Positions 1 to 7,247 of a stretch of 56,435 bases of DNA are shown piece by piece. Both the position numbers and the translations under genes were made by a program. Within the stretch, counting starts at the first letter, position 1. Every line of letters begins with the position of its first letter. The DNA is from an uncultured Candidatus Saccharibacteria bacterium (lineage in GTDB: Bacteria; Patescibacteriota; Minisyncoccia; Phycocordibacterales; Phycocordibacteraceae), in NCBI GenBank assembly GCA_964638585.1, contig CAZXAN010000005.1:1-56435 (forward strand), written 5' to 3'. The notes under the pieces were generated by a model. The model made no database searches, had not been told where the DNA came from, and saw only the letters and a list, made by a program, of their open reading frames with translations.

Positions 1-75
1 CGGCAAATTCAATGACAAGGACTAAGTCGTAACAAGGCACGGGTAGCGGAAGCTGTTCGTGGAACATATCCAAAA
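1..75 (+). rRNA. rrs: 3'-terminal fragment of a 16S rRNA gene. The window starts inside the gene, and the mature 3' end is only approximate.
   Basis: The universal AAGTCGTAACAAGG motif is at 24-37. It is followed by a helix-45-like 10-bp stem (38-47 with 52-61; 7 Watson-Crick and 3 G-U pairs) closed by a GGAA tetraloop at 48-51. The tail from 62 reads GAACATATCCAAAA instead of GGATCACCTCCTTA. Confidence 0.8.
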
Positions 76-112
76 TGGAACCGATGTTGCTCGAAAGGCG
101 CATCATGTCGAT

Positions 113-165
113 CCCGCCAACATCTGTCCGCCAACATCTTCAAAGTTGTGGCGGATTGTGGCGGG
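113..165 (+). repeat. Compound inverted repeat in the 16S trailer
   Basis: CCCGCCA (113-119) pairs with TGGCGGG (159-165), and CCGCCA (128-133) pairs with TGGCGG (149-154). Each arm is tandemly duplicated (CCGCCAACATCT x2 and TTGTGGCGG x2). Confidence 0.6.
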
Positions 166-224
166 GAGAAATAGTGGACATCTCTAAATGCCACTCGGAG
201 GTCGGATAACGTAACCCGATGGTC

Positions 225-253
225 GCTTGAAAGCCACACGTGAGCTTTCAAGC
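225..253 (+). other. Perfect 10-bp stem-loop in the 16S trailer, with no U-tract
   Basis: GCTTGAAAGC (225-234) and GCTTTCAAGC (244-253) are exact reverse complements separated by a 9-nt loop. Confidence 0.6.
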
Positions 254-261
254 GGGAGCAG

Positions 262-324
262 AATAGGCGGAACAAAAGACTTCGCAACACACTTTTCAAT
301 TCACATTTCATACAAAACAAAAAA
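262..324 (+). repeat. Copy 1 of a ~62-nt intergenic direct repeat
   Basis: AATAGGCGGAACAAAAGA (18 nt) and TCACATTTCATACAAAACAAAAAA (24 nt) are identical to 2293-2354. The central ~20 nt is diverged. Confidence 0.85.
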
Positions 325-346
325 GCCCGTATATACGGGCCTTTTT
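325..346 (+). terminator. Intrinsic terminator-like hairpin
   Basis: GCCCGT-ATAT-ACGGGC is followed by CTTTTT and preceded by an A-run, so it could act in both directions. Confidence 0.6.
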
Positions 347-350
347 GCTA

Positions 351-378
351 TTGACAAAGCTGTGAGATTTGTTATGCT
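351..378 (+). promoter_or_regulatory. Sigma70-like promoter for the ABC exporter gene
   Basis: TTGACA (351-356), a 16-nt spacer, then TATGCT (373-378). The ~45-nt leader ends in the SD AAGGAG (418-423), 6 nt before GTG 430. Confidence 0.5.
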
Positions 379-429
379 AGAAGGCAGAAGTTTTGTTCCA
401 ACTACCTCAAATCTTATAAGGAGTTACAA

Positions 430-2238
430 GTGAAAAAGATTAAAGACCTCGAATCGTCCATCAAAGGGACGGCATCAACCGTATGGCGAGTATTGGCTAC
501 CGTCTGGCCAGATTACAAGTTGCTGATTATTGCATTTTTCTTCATCGCGCTGTTCTTATCGTTCGCTCCATTCATCTCGTCGGGAGCTCAGGCGCTCCTA
601 ATCAACGAGCTCATTGCAAACGGGCAAAATGGAGTGACTGTCACGATAGCGTGGTTCATAGCGCTAATCATCTTCGTTTCTCTTTTGCGAGACGCTCTCG
701 GACAGCTTCGACGACTCGTCAATAAACGTTTGTGGATGAAATTGACTGAATTCTTTGAGCTCTCAATGCTCAAGAAAAGGTCGGAGCTCGATGTGGCGAC
801 GTACGAGAGTCCGAAGTTCAACGACCTACTAAACAAGACTAGCGAGAAAGGAGTATGGCCCATCTGCAATCTTGTTGAGGGCCAATTCCAGCAGGTCACG
901 AACATAACGCAGGTTATTACGGCCGCGACGGTCTTTCTTATCTTTGACTGGCGCTTCTTTCTACTCGCGATCTGCTCGGCGGCACCGGAGTTCATCGTCC
1001 AGCTGAAGTATGGGAAATCGTCTTGGGATATCTGGGACGAGGACTCTCAAACGCGACGTAAACTTTCGAGCGTTCGTCGCCACTTCATGGGGATCAATCG
1101 ACTCATCGAGCTCAAGATTTTCCAGAATGTGACGAAGTTCTACTGCCTAGCTGAAGGTATGTTCAAGGGCTTCAGTGCTAAGCAGTGGAAGCTTGAAACG
1201 AAAGCGTTCAAGTGGAGGATCTGTGCGGGTCTCATTTCTCTGGTTTTTCACGCTGCCATTTACGCGTGGATTATCTGGCAAGTGGCTAATGGGGAACTGC
1301 AGATTGGTACGATGACGTTTCTTCTGGGTTCACTCGGGAGCTTCGAGGGCGCGCTAGTTGGGTTCTTCAGCAATCTTGCCTATCAGTTCGAATGGTCGCT
1401 GTATGCCAAAGACATGTTCAAGGTGTTCGATACACCTCCTCTTATCGAGTCTCGTGATAATGCTCTGACAGTTAAGACCGAGGCACCACCGTGTATCGAG
1501 TTGCGGAATGTTTCTTTTGCGTATCCCAATACGGAACGACTCATTCTGAAGGACATTAACTTGACTATTGCGGCGGGTGAACGGCTCGCGATTGTGGGGC
1601 TGAATGGCGCCGGAAAGTCGACGCTAATCAAGCTTCTCATGCGGTTTTACGACCCGACTGGTGGGGTAATTCTCGTTAATGGCATCGATCTTTGTCAGCT
1701 CGACCGTGAATCGTGGTGGTCGACCATAGCTACTTTGTTTCAAGATTACGCCGAGTACAATTTGCCTGTTCGGGAGGTCATATCGCTCGGCAGGTCAAAT
1801 GGCAAAGGCTATCTTACAAAGGTGGTTCGATGCGCGAAGGCAGTCGACGCACACTCATTCATCGTTGACTTCAAGCATCGGTATAACCAGATGATTGGGA
1901 AGGAGTTCGATGATGGGATCGACCTCTCAGTAGGCCAATCCCAGAAGATAGCTCTCGCTCGTTGCTTTTACAGAGACCCTAGGCTTCTAATTCTTGATGA
2001 GCCGACGGCTTCGATCGATGCGCAAGCAGAGGCAATGATCTTCGATCAGCTTGAGGAAAAATCAGAGGGCCGTACGCAGATCGTTATCTCACACCGCTTC
2101 TCGACAGTTCGCAGGTCCGACCGGATTTGTGTGCTAGAAGAGGGGATGGTGAGCGAGTTGGGCGCGCACGAGAAGCTCATGGCCGACAATCAAACCTACG
2201 CCCGTCTCTTTAGACTTCAGGCGAAGGGGTACGAGTAG
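430..2238 (+). CDS. ABC transporter, fused permease/ATP-binding protein (MsbA/exporter type)
   Basis: 602-aa ORF with an N-terminal multi-TM region. Motifs: Walker A GLNGAGKST, signature LSVGQSQK, Walker B LLILDEPT, H-loop ISHR. Strong SD upstream. Confidence 0.9.
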   Translation: MKKIKDLESSIKGTASTVWRVLATVWPDYKLLIIAFFFIALFLSFAPFISSGAQALLINELIANGQNGVTVTIAWFIALIIFVSLLRDALGQLRRLVNKRLWMKLTEFFELSMLKKRSELDVATYESPKFNDLLNKTSEKGVWPICNLVEGQFQQVTNITQVITAATVFLIFDWRFFLLAICSAAPEFIVQLKYGKSSWDIWDEDSQTRRKLSSVRRHFMGINRLIELKIFQNVTKFYCLAEGMFKGFSAKQWKLETKAFKWRICAGLISLVFHAAIYAWIIWQVANGELQIGTMTFLLGSLGSFEGALVGFFSNLAYQFEWSLYAKDMFKVFDTPPLIESRDNALTVKTEAPPCIELRNVSFAYPNTERLILKDINLTIAAGERLAIVGLNGAGKSTLIKLLMRFYDPTGGVILVNGIDLCQLDRESWWSTIATLFQDYAEYNLPVREVISLGRSNGKGYLTKVVRCAKAVDAHSFIVDFKHRYNQMIGKEFDDGIDLSVGQSQKIALARCFYRDPRLLILDEPTASIDAQAEAMIFDQLEEKSEGRTQIVISHRFSTVRRSDRICVLEEGMVSELGAHEKLMADNQTYARLFRLQAKGYE

Positions 2239-2252
2239 AAGTTTTAACTTCC

Positions 2253-2283
2253 AAACGGCAGCCTCGGCTGCCGTTTCTTTTTT
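2253..2283 (+). terminator. Intrinsic terminator after the ABC exporter gene
   Basis: CGGCAGC-CTCG-GCTGCCG stem, extended by AAA/TTT, followed by CTTTTTT. Confidence 0.75.
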
Positions 2284-2292
2284 GTCACATTA

Positions 2293-2354
2293 AATAGGCG
2301 GAACAAAAGAGCGCACACACAACTTTTCCTCACATTTCATACAAAACAAAAAAC
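2293..2354 (+). repeat. Copy 2 of the ~62-nt intergenic direct repeat
   Basis: Carries the same 18-nt and 24-nt identical blocks as 262-324. Confidence 0.85.
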
Positions 2355-2419
2355 ACGAAACTTCCCCTAGGGCAGGTTTTGTGTATACTAACCAAGTGCT
2401 AATCAGAAGGAGGTATGAC

Positions 2420-2593
2420 ATGGTAACCAAGGAGACTCATCCAGCTCCCGTCGCGACTGAATCTTTTCGGAAGAAAGTTGAACGTGAATACGCTGAGGGG
2501 ATGCAGGAACTGCGTGAATACTTTCTGCTGTGCGACGCAGATCGGGAAAGGCGATACAATGCAGGCGACAAAGGAGTTTACGACGAATTGTAA
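2420..2593 (+). CDS. Small hypothetical protein (57 aa, acidic/charged)
   Basis: ATG 2420 follows the strong SD GAAGGAGG (2406-2413) by 6 nt. A terminator follows directly. No recognisable family. Confidence 0.55.
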   Translation: MVTKETHPAPVATESFRKKVEREYAEGMQELREYFLLCDADRERRYNAGDKGVYDEL

Positions 2594-2613
2594 ACTATCC
2601 AGCAACGCTTAAT

Positions 2614-2646
2614 GGGCTCCGGAACAATCCCGGGGCTCGGTTTTTT
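2614..2646 (+). terminator. Intrinsic terminator
   Basis: GGGCTCCGG (2614-2622) pairs with CCGGGGCTC (2630-2638), including G-U pairs, and is followed by GGTTTTTT. Confidence 0.65.
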
Positions 2647-2649
2647 AGG

Positions 2650-2676
2650 TGGTGCAAGTGCCAGGGGTCGAACCTT
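2650..2676 (-). pseudogene. Orphan tRNA 3'-end-like fragment (T-loop, acceptor 3' strand, encoded CCA)
   Basis: The minus strand reads AAGGTTCGACCCCTGGCACTTGCACCA: a GGTTCGA T-loop consensus, 3 of 5 T-stem pairs, a 7-nt acceptor strand, a discriminator A and CCA. No complementary 5' acceptor strand (GCAAGTG) lies within 100 nt. Confidence 0.35.
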
Positions 2677-2685
2677 TTATCCACA
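2677..2685 (+). promoter_or_regulatory. Perfect DnaA-box 9-mer TTATCCACA
   Basis: Exact match to the consensus. It is isolated, so function is unknown. Confidence 0.3.
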
Positions 2686-2726
2686 AGAGAACCTAAGTAG
2701 GGTATATCCGTAATCGGGTTGTCTTG

Positions 2727-2732
2727 TATAAT
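2727..2732 (+). promoter_or_regulatory. -10 hexamer TATAAT, 7 nt upstream of ATG 2740 (leaderless-type arrangement)
   Basis: Exact TATAAT with no SD between it and the start codon. Confidence 0.45.
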
Positions 2733-2739
2733 TATTATA

Positions 2740-3429
2740 ATGAAATCGGCACAGCGTGAATTAGCGATTGAATTGCGACTTACTGATAAGTTGGGGTACA
2801 AAGCGATTGCGGAACAGGTTAAAGTCTCAAAAAGTACTTTGTCACGGTGGCTGGAGGACCTCCCTCTTTCTCCAGAGCGGACACTGGAATTACGGAGGGC
2901 TGGATGGAGTAAAGGGGAGGCGAGCCGTGAACGATTTAGAGAGACCATGCGAGCCAAGCGCGACAAACGTGAGTATGAGATATATTTAAAACAGAAGAAA
3001 AAATTATCTCGCATTTCTGAAAAGACTCTATTCGTTTCTGGACTTATGCTTTATGCAGCTGAGGGAGATAAGAAAACACGAGCAGAAATTGCATTCTCAA
3101 ACACTGATTCAACCATGGTGTTATTTTTTGCACGTTGGCTTGAAAAATTTCTAGGGATTGAACAAAAAAAGTTAAAAATACAGCTGCATTTATACGAGAA
3201 CATGGACGTTCATGCCGAAGAAACATATTGGAAAAAGCAACTAGGAATGAAACAAAGTCAGTTATGTAAGAGTCAAATTAGGCCGTTGCGACCTGGAAAG
3301 TTCTCTTACCGTGAACCGTTTCGTCATGGTACTTGCAAGCTCTATGTCGGAGGAGTTATTAAAAAGGCAGAACTCATGTTGTCTATTAAGGCTTTTTTTG
3401 ATACATATAGTATACGCATGCGAGCGTAG
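2740..3429 (+). CDS. HTH plus LAGLIDADG-like (single-motif) homing-endonuclease-like protein
   Basis: The N-terminal HTH (GYKAIAEQVKVSKSTLSRWL) is resolvase/terminase-like. GLMLYAAEGDK resembles the LAGLIDADG/YxAEG dodecapeptide. Start placed at ATG 2740 rather than the ORF-track TTG at 2719. The stop TAG (3427-3429) lies inside the tRNA-Ile gene. Confidence 0.5.
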   Translation: MKSAQRELAIELRLTDKLGYKAIAEQVKVSKSTLSRWLEDLPLSPERTLELRRAGWSKGEASRERFRETMRAKRDKREYEIYLKQKKKLSRISEKTLFVSGLMLYAAEGDKKTRAEIAFSNTDSTMVLFFARWLEKFLGIEQKKLKIQLHLYENMDVHAEETYWKKQLGMKQSQLCKSQIRPLRPGKFSYREPFRHGTCKLYVGGVIKKAELMLSIKAFFDTYSIRMRA

Positions 3430-3492
3430 CTCAGTTGGTAGAGCATCCGCCTGATACGCGGCAGGTCGAAGGTTCGACTCCTTCCGCTCGCA
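3420..3492 (+). tRNA. tRNA-Ile (anticodon GAT)
   Basis: Manual cloverleaf: 7/7 acceptor pairs, GCTC/GAGC D-stem, anticodon loop CTGATAC, 5/5 T-stem with a TTCGACT loop, discriminator A. One U-C mismatch at 27:43. CCA is not encoded. Confidence 0.9.
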
Positions 3493-3555
3493 CAAAAAGC
3501 ATTGTTATATCCACAGCACGCCGTGGCGGAGTCGTCGCGGTGATATCATGAAGCT

Positions 3556-4053
3556 ATGAAAGACACGTCTATTATTGTCGGCATGGTGGCTATTGCTGTT
3601 GTTATCGGCGTTGTCATCTTCCTTAATGGCGATATGTCAGGCTCACAGCTCGCAGCCACAGATCAGAGCAATTCTACGACAGTAGCCACCGTACCTTTTA
3701 CCGAGATAGCACGCGGGACGCAGTCGGCCGTTATAAAGAGAGTTAACTATCTAATCACTTCAGATAGCGAGCTGAGTAAGTTGTGGGAGATGGTCAATGC
3801 GAGTGGCAGGCCTCCGGTCGTAGATTTTAATAAACAAGCAGTTGTAGCAATTTTTTCAGGACTAGAATATCAGCCAAGCTCGACTGTAACGATAACTAAA
3901 ATAGAAGATACAAACGCCCGTACAGTTTCGGTAAAATTGGAGCCTTGCGTCAAAAGCGATAATGCAAACAACTACCAAATTGTAGTAATGCCGCTCACGT
4001 CTCTGCCTCTCACGCATAAAGACGAGTCTATTACTTCAAATTGTCAGGGTTAG
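3556..4053 (+). CDS. Membrane-anchored hypothetical protein (possibly PrcB_C-like beta-barrel domain)
   Basis: 165-aa ORF with an N-terminal TM helix (IIVGMVAIAVVIGVVIFL). The domain assignment is only a resemblance. Confidence 0.6.
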   Translation: MKDTSIIVGMVAIAVVIGVVIFLNGDMSGSQLAATDQSNSTTVATVPFTEIARGTQSAVIKRVNYLITSDSELSKLWEMVNASGRPPVVDFNKQAVVAIFSGLEYQPSSTVTITKIEDTNARTVSVKLEPCVKSDNANNYQIVVMPLTSLPLTHKDESITSNCQG

Positions 4054-4118
4054 CCCAGTTATAAATTGATTTCTAACGGGGTTAGCCATACTTCGCGAGT
4101 TGCGCTAGCATTCACTTA

Positions 4119-5429
4119 ATGGATGCAAAAGAGTATTTCCGCGGGAAGAAGATAACAGTTATGGGTCTCGGCCTTTTGGGTCGAGGCGTTGGTGATGCGA
4201 AATATCTCGCTGAATGCGGCGCGGATTTAATAGTCACAGATTTAAAGACACGCGAGCAGTTAGCAGAATCAGTCGCGCAGTTACAGTCATTTCAAAACAT
4301 ACAATTCGTTTTGGGCGAACACAGACTTGAAGATTTCAGGAACAGGGATTTTATTTTGAAAGCCGCTGGAGTGCCACTTGATTCTCCTTACATCGCCGAG
4401 GCGAAGAAAAATAATATACCCGTGCGTATGAGCGCAGACCTGTTCGCAGAGATTTCTAGCGTGCCAGTCATCGGCGTGACTGGCACGCGCGGGAAGTCTA
4501 CGGTCGCGCATATGATTTACGAAATTTTGAAATCAGCAGAGAAGCCGGTCTTGCTTGGTGGGAATGTGCGAGGTGTTTCAAATTTTGCGCTTCTTAAAGA
4601 AGTGACACCGGAGCACATAGCAGTACTCGAACTCGATTCGTGGCAGTTGCAGGGCTGGGGAGAGGCGAAGATGAGCCCTCACATCGCTGTCTTTACAACT
4701 CTGTATCCAGACCACCTCAACTACTATAAGAATGACTTAGATGCATACCTCGCAGACAAGGCGAATATATTTCTTTATCAGAAACCAGAGGATACTTTAA
4801 TACTTGGCAAACAATGCGCAGCAACTGTAATAGACAAATACGGAGAGAAAATAGAGGCAAAAACTATCGTTGTAGACGAACTAAAGTTACCAGATACGTG
4901 GGTTTTGAGCATACCTGGTTTGCACAATCGTTACAATGCAGCCCTCGCGCTCGCTGTCGCTCGCGCGCTTGACGTCCCAGACGACGTAAGCAGAAGGGCA
5001 CTTGCAGAATTTAAAGGAGTGCCGGGCCGCCTCGAACTTATTGCCGAGAAAAATGGCGTGAAGATTTATAACGACACAACTTCTACAACTCCCGAAGCTA
5101 CCCTTGCGGCACTCACCGCGCTCGAGCCGGGTCGAACAGTGCTCATCATGGGTGGTACAGACAAGAATCTGGATATGAACGTATTACTCTCAAAACTCGT
5201 AGACGTTAAGAGAGTCATTTTACTCGCTGGTACTGGCACCAGTCGCATTCTTGAATTTATCCCGAGCGCTTCAGTGTTTGATGATTTAGAAAAAGCTGTT
5301 CACGAGGCATTTTCTGCTGCAGAACCAGGCGACACAATCCTCTTCTCTCCCGCCTTCACCTCATTCGGCATGTTCAAGAACGAATTCGACCGCGGCGACC
5401 AATTTAATGCGCTCGTACAAAGCTTATGA
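4119..5429 (+). CDS. murD: UDP-N-acetylmuramoyl-L-alanine--D-glutamate ligase
   Basis: N-terminal Rossmann motif GLGLLGRGVG, P-loop GVTGTRGKST, Mur-ligase length and domain order. Operon context with murI and murC. Confidence 0.9.
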   Translation: MDAKEYFRGKKITVMGLGLLGRGVGDAKYLAECGADLIVTDLKTREQLAESVAQLQSFQNIQFVLGEHRLEDFRNRDFILKAAGVPLDSPYIAEAKKNNIPVRMSADLFAEISSVPVIGVTGTRGKSTVAHMIYEILKSAEKPVLLGGNVRGVSNFALLKEVTPEHIAVLELDSWQLQGWGEAKMSPHIAVFTTLYPDHLNYYKNDLDAYLADKANIFLYQKPEDTLILGKQCAATVIDKYGEKIEAKTIVVDELKLPDTWVLSIPGLHNRYNAALALAVARALDVPDDVSRRALAEFKGVPGRLELIAEKNGVKIYNDTTSTTPEATLAALTALEPGRTVLIMGGTDKNLDMNVLLSKLVDVKRVILLAGTGTSRILEFIPSASVFDDLEKAVHEAFSAAEPGDTILFSPAFTSFGMFKNEFDRGDQFNALVQSL

Positions 5430-6481
5430 ACGATGCTTTGGTTCGGGAACGAATAGAAAGAGCGATTGCAGGCAAGATTTTCCCAGGAGCTGTTGTAGGC
5501 GTGGTTAATAAAGAAGGAGACAGAAAAATCATATCTGCCGGTAGTTTCGCTTACGAATCAGATTCCTCTCGAGTAACTGAAGAAACAGCTTACGATATGG
5601 CTTCGGTTACGAAATCGATTCCTGTCGCACTAATGGCGTTCATGTTTATTGAGCAAAACAAGCTTTCTTTAGATGACAAGGTGATTAAATATATTCCGGA
5701 AATAAAAATAAAAGATGCCGAGAAGGGGCTGATAAAACATTTGTTAACATACACCTACGCATTAAAGAAAAATCCAGATCCAAATTTCTCATATGAACAT
5801 GCGAAAGTAAGCGACATTCTTGATTTTCATTTCAACAGGGATTTTGACTTTTTACCTGGAACTGAGTATCGATATGGCAATGCACCTGCGAATCTTATAG
5901 GTATTATTCTTGAGAGGATTTCGGGAAAAAAACTTTATAATCTTGCGCGGGAGATGATTTTCTTACCGATGAATATGAAGAACTCTACATTCAGTCCCGA
6001 AAATAAGAACATGATTCCACCTACGGAAATAGTTTCATGGAGAGGTACGATACAAGGTGTCGTCCATGACGAAACGGCATTTATTCTTCAAAATGATGGA
6101 TACAATCCTGGTTGTGCAGGCCTTTTTTCAAATGCAGGAGATTTGCTTAATGTCGCCGAAATGATTCTTAACGGAGGTTTGTATAAAGGAAAAAAGATTT
6201 TGATTGAGCAAACGATCGACGTCATGAAGTCGAATGCTTTAAGAGAAATTGGACAGTCACATGGCATCGGGTGGGAACTTAATCAGCCGAGGTTCATGGG
6301 ACGTTTTGCGCACGAAGGCATGATTGGCAAAACAGGATTTACAGGGACATGCTGTATCGTTGATCCCAAAAATGGAATTGCAATGGTGTTACTCTCCAAT
6401 CGCACGTATCCGAAGCGAGGGAATCCTGACGCTTTTTACTCGCTACGACGTGATATCGCAGATATCGTTTTCACGCCATGA
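5426..6481 (+). CDS. Beta-lactamase-family serine hydrolase (class C / PBP4*-like), no signal peptide
   Basis: SxxK (SVTK), YxN (YGN) and KTG (GKTGFTG) motifs in canonical order. ATGA overlaps with murD (5426-5429) and murI (6478-6481). Confidence 0.8.
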   Translation: MNDALVRERIERAIAGKIFPGAVVGVVNKEGDRKIISAGSFAYESDSSRVTEETAYDMASVTKSIPVALMAFMFIEQNKLSLDDKVIKYIPEIKIKDAEKGLIKHLLTYTYALKKNPDPNFSYEHAKVSDILDFHFNRDFDFLPGTEYRYGNAPANLIGIILERISGKKLYNLAREMIFLPMNMKNSTFSPENKNMIPPTEIVSWRGTIQGVVHDETAFILQNDGYNPGCAGLFSNAGDLLNVAEMILNGGLYKGKKILIEQTIDVMKSNALREIGQSHGIGWELNQPRFMGRFAHEGMIGKTGFTGTCCIVDPKNGIAMVLLSNRTYPKRGNPDAFYSLRRDIADIVFTP

Positions 6482-7239
6482 TCGGCATTTTTGATTCAGG
6501 GAGCGGTGGGTTGACCGTTATGCGGGCGATACGCGAGCAGATGCCATCATCAGACATAATTTATTTTGGCGATATTAAGAACGCGCCTTATGGCGAGAAG
6601 TCTCATGCAGAACTTTCTGTGCTTACGATGCAAGCGATAGAATTACTGATGAAAAGAGGTGCGAAGAGCATCGTCAGCGCCTGCAACAGCGTTTCTGCGT
6701 CACTGGCGGTTTCTTTGTTTGATGCGCTTTCTATTGCGCCTGATCATTTAATTGAAATGGTCGGACCTACTGTAGGATATTTAAAAAAATCATCAGCGCG
6801 AATTTTATTAGTTGCGACTACTGCGACGGTGAATTCGGGAATTTATCAAAATGCTTTTAGGCTGATTGGAAAAGATATTGAAGTGCTTGCGATTCCAGAA
6901 CTCGCGTCGGCGATAGAATTTGGGAAGCCTGAAGAGGAGATTGAGAGCATAATTCGGGATGCCTTTAAGAGTGTAGAATTAGAAGAGATTGACGCGGTTA
7001 TTCTGGCCTGTACCCATTATCCTTTGGCAATTAAAGGCTTTTCTAGGGCTCTGGGAGACTCTATAGCGCTCTTTGACCCAGCAGATGCTGTAGGAGAGCG
7101 GGTAAGACGACAGCTCTGGCCTATGGAGGCTGGTGATGGTAGGACGCATTTTGTGATTAGCAAGGATTCTCAACCCTTTAGAGACCGCGTCGCCACACTT
7201 TTCCCCGAGAGCATGGGAGAGATTGAAGTGATAGATTAA
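6478..7239 (+). CDS. murI: Glutamate racemase
   Basis: IGIFDSGSGGLTV, catalytic-Cys motifs ACNS and ACTHYP, 253 aa. Confidence 0.9.
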   Translation: MIGIFDSGSGGLTVMRAIREQMPSSDIIYFGDIKNAPYGEKSHAELSVLTMQAIELLMKRGAKSIVSACNSVSASLAVSLFDALSIAPDHLIEMVGPTVGYLKKSSARILLVATTATVNSGIYQNAFRLIGKDIEVLAIPELASAIEFGKPEEEIESIIRDAFKSVELEEIDAVILACTHYPLAIKGFSRALGDSIALFDPADAVGERVRRQLWPMEAGDGRTHFVISKDSQPFRDRVATLFPESMGEIEVID

Positions 7240-7247
7240 GGGTACGT

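Noticed and set aside
9-320. 103-aa minus-strand ORF overlapping the 16S 3' end and trailer
   Set aside because: It lies antisense to an rRNA gene and a structured spacer, has no start context, and is rich in Arg, Leu and Ser, which is typical of spurious ORFs.
1433-1440. CACCTCCT (within GATACACCTCCTCT), resembling the missing 16S 3' terminus GGATCACCTCCTTA
   Set aside because: It lies in frame inside the ABC exporter coding sequence (FDTPPLIES), 1.4 kb from helix 45. An 8-mer like this is expected about once per strand in 56 kb by chance.
2384-2393. GTATACTAACC shared by 2383-2393 and 53101-53111, considered as a repeated element
   Set aside because: It is only 11 nt and contains a -10-like TATACT. 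It is more simply explained as a similar promoter context than as a mobile or structured repeat.
5426-5429. Possible alternative genetic code (UGA recoding, as in some CPR lineages)
   Set aside because: TGA terminates well-conserved proteins at their expected lengths (for example murD, and several ATGA overlap junctions). Long ORFs are intact under the standard code.
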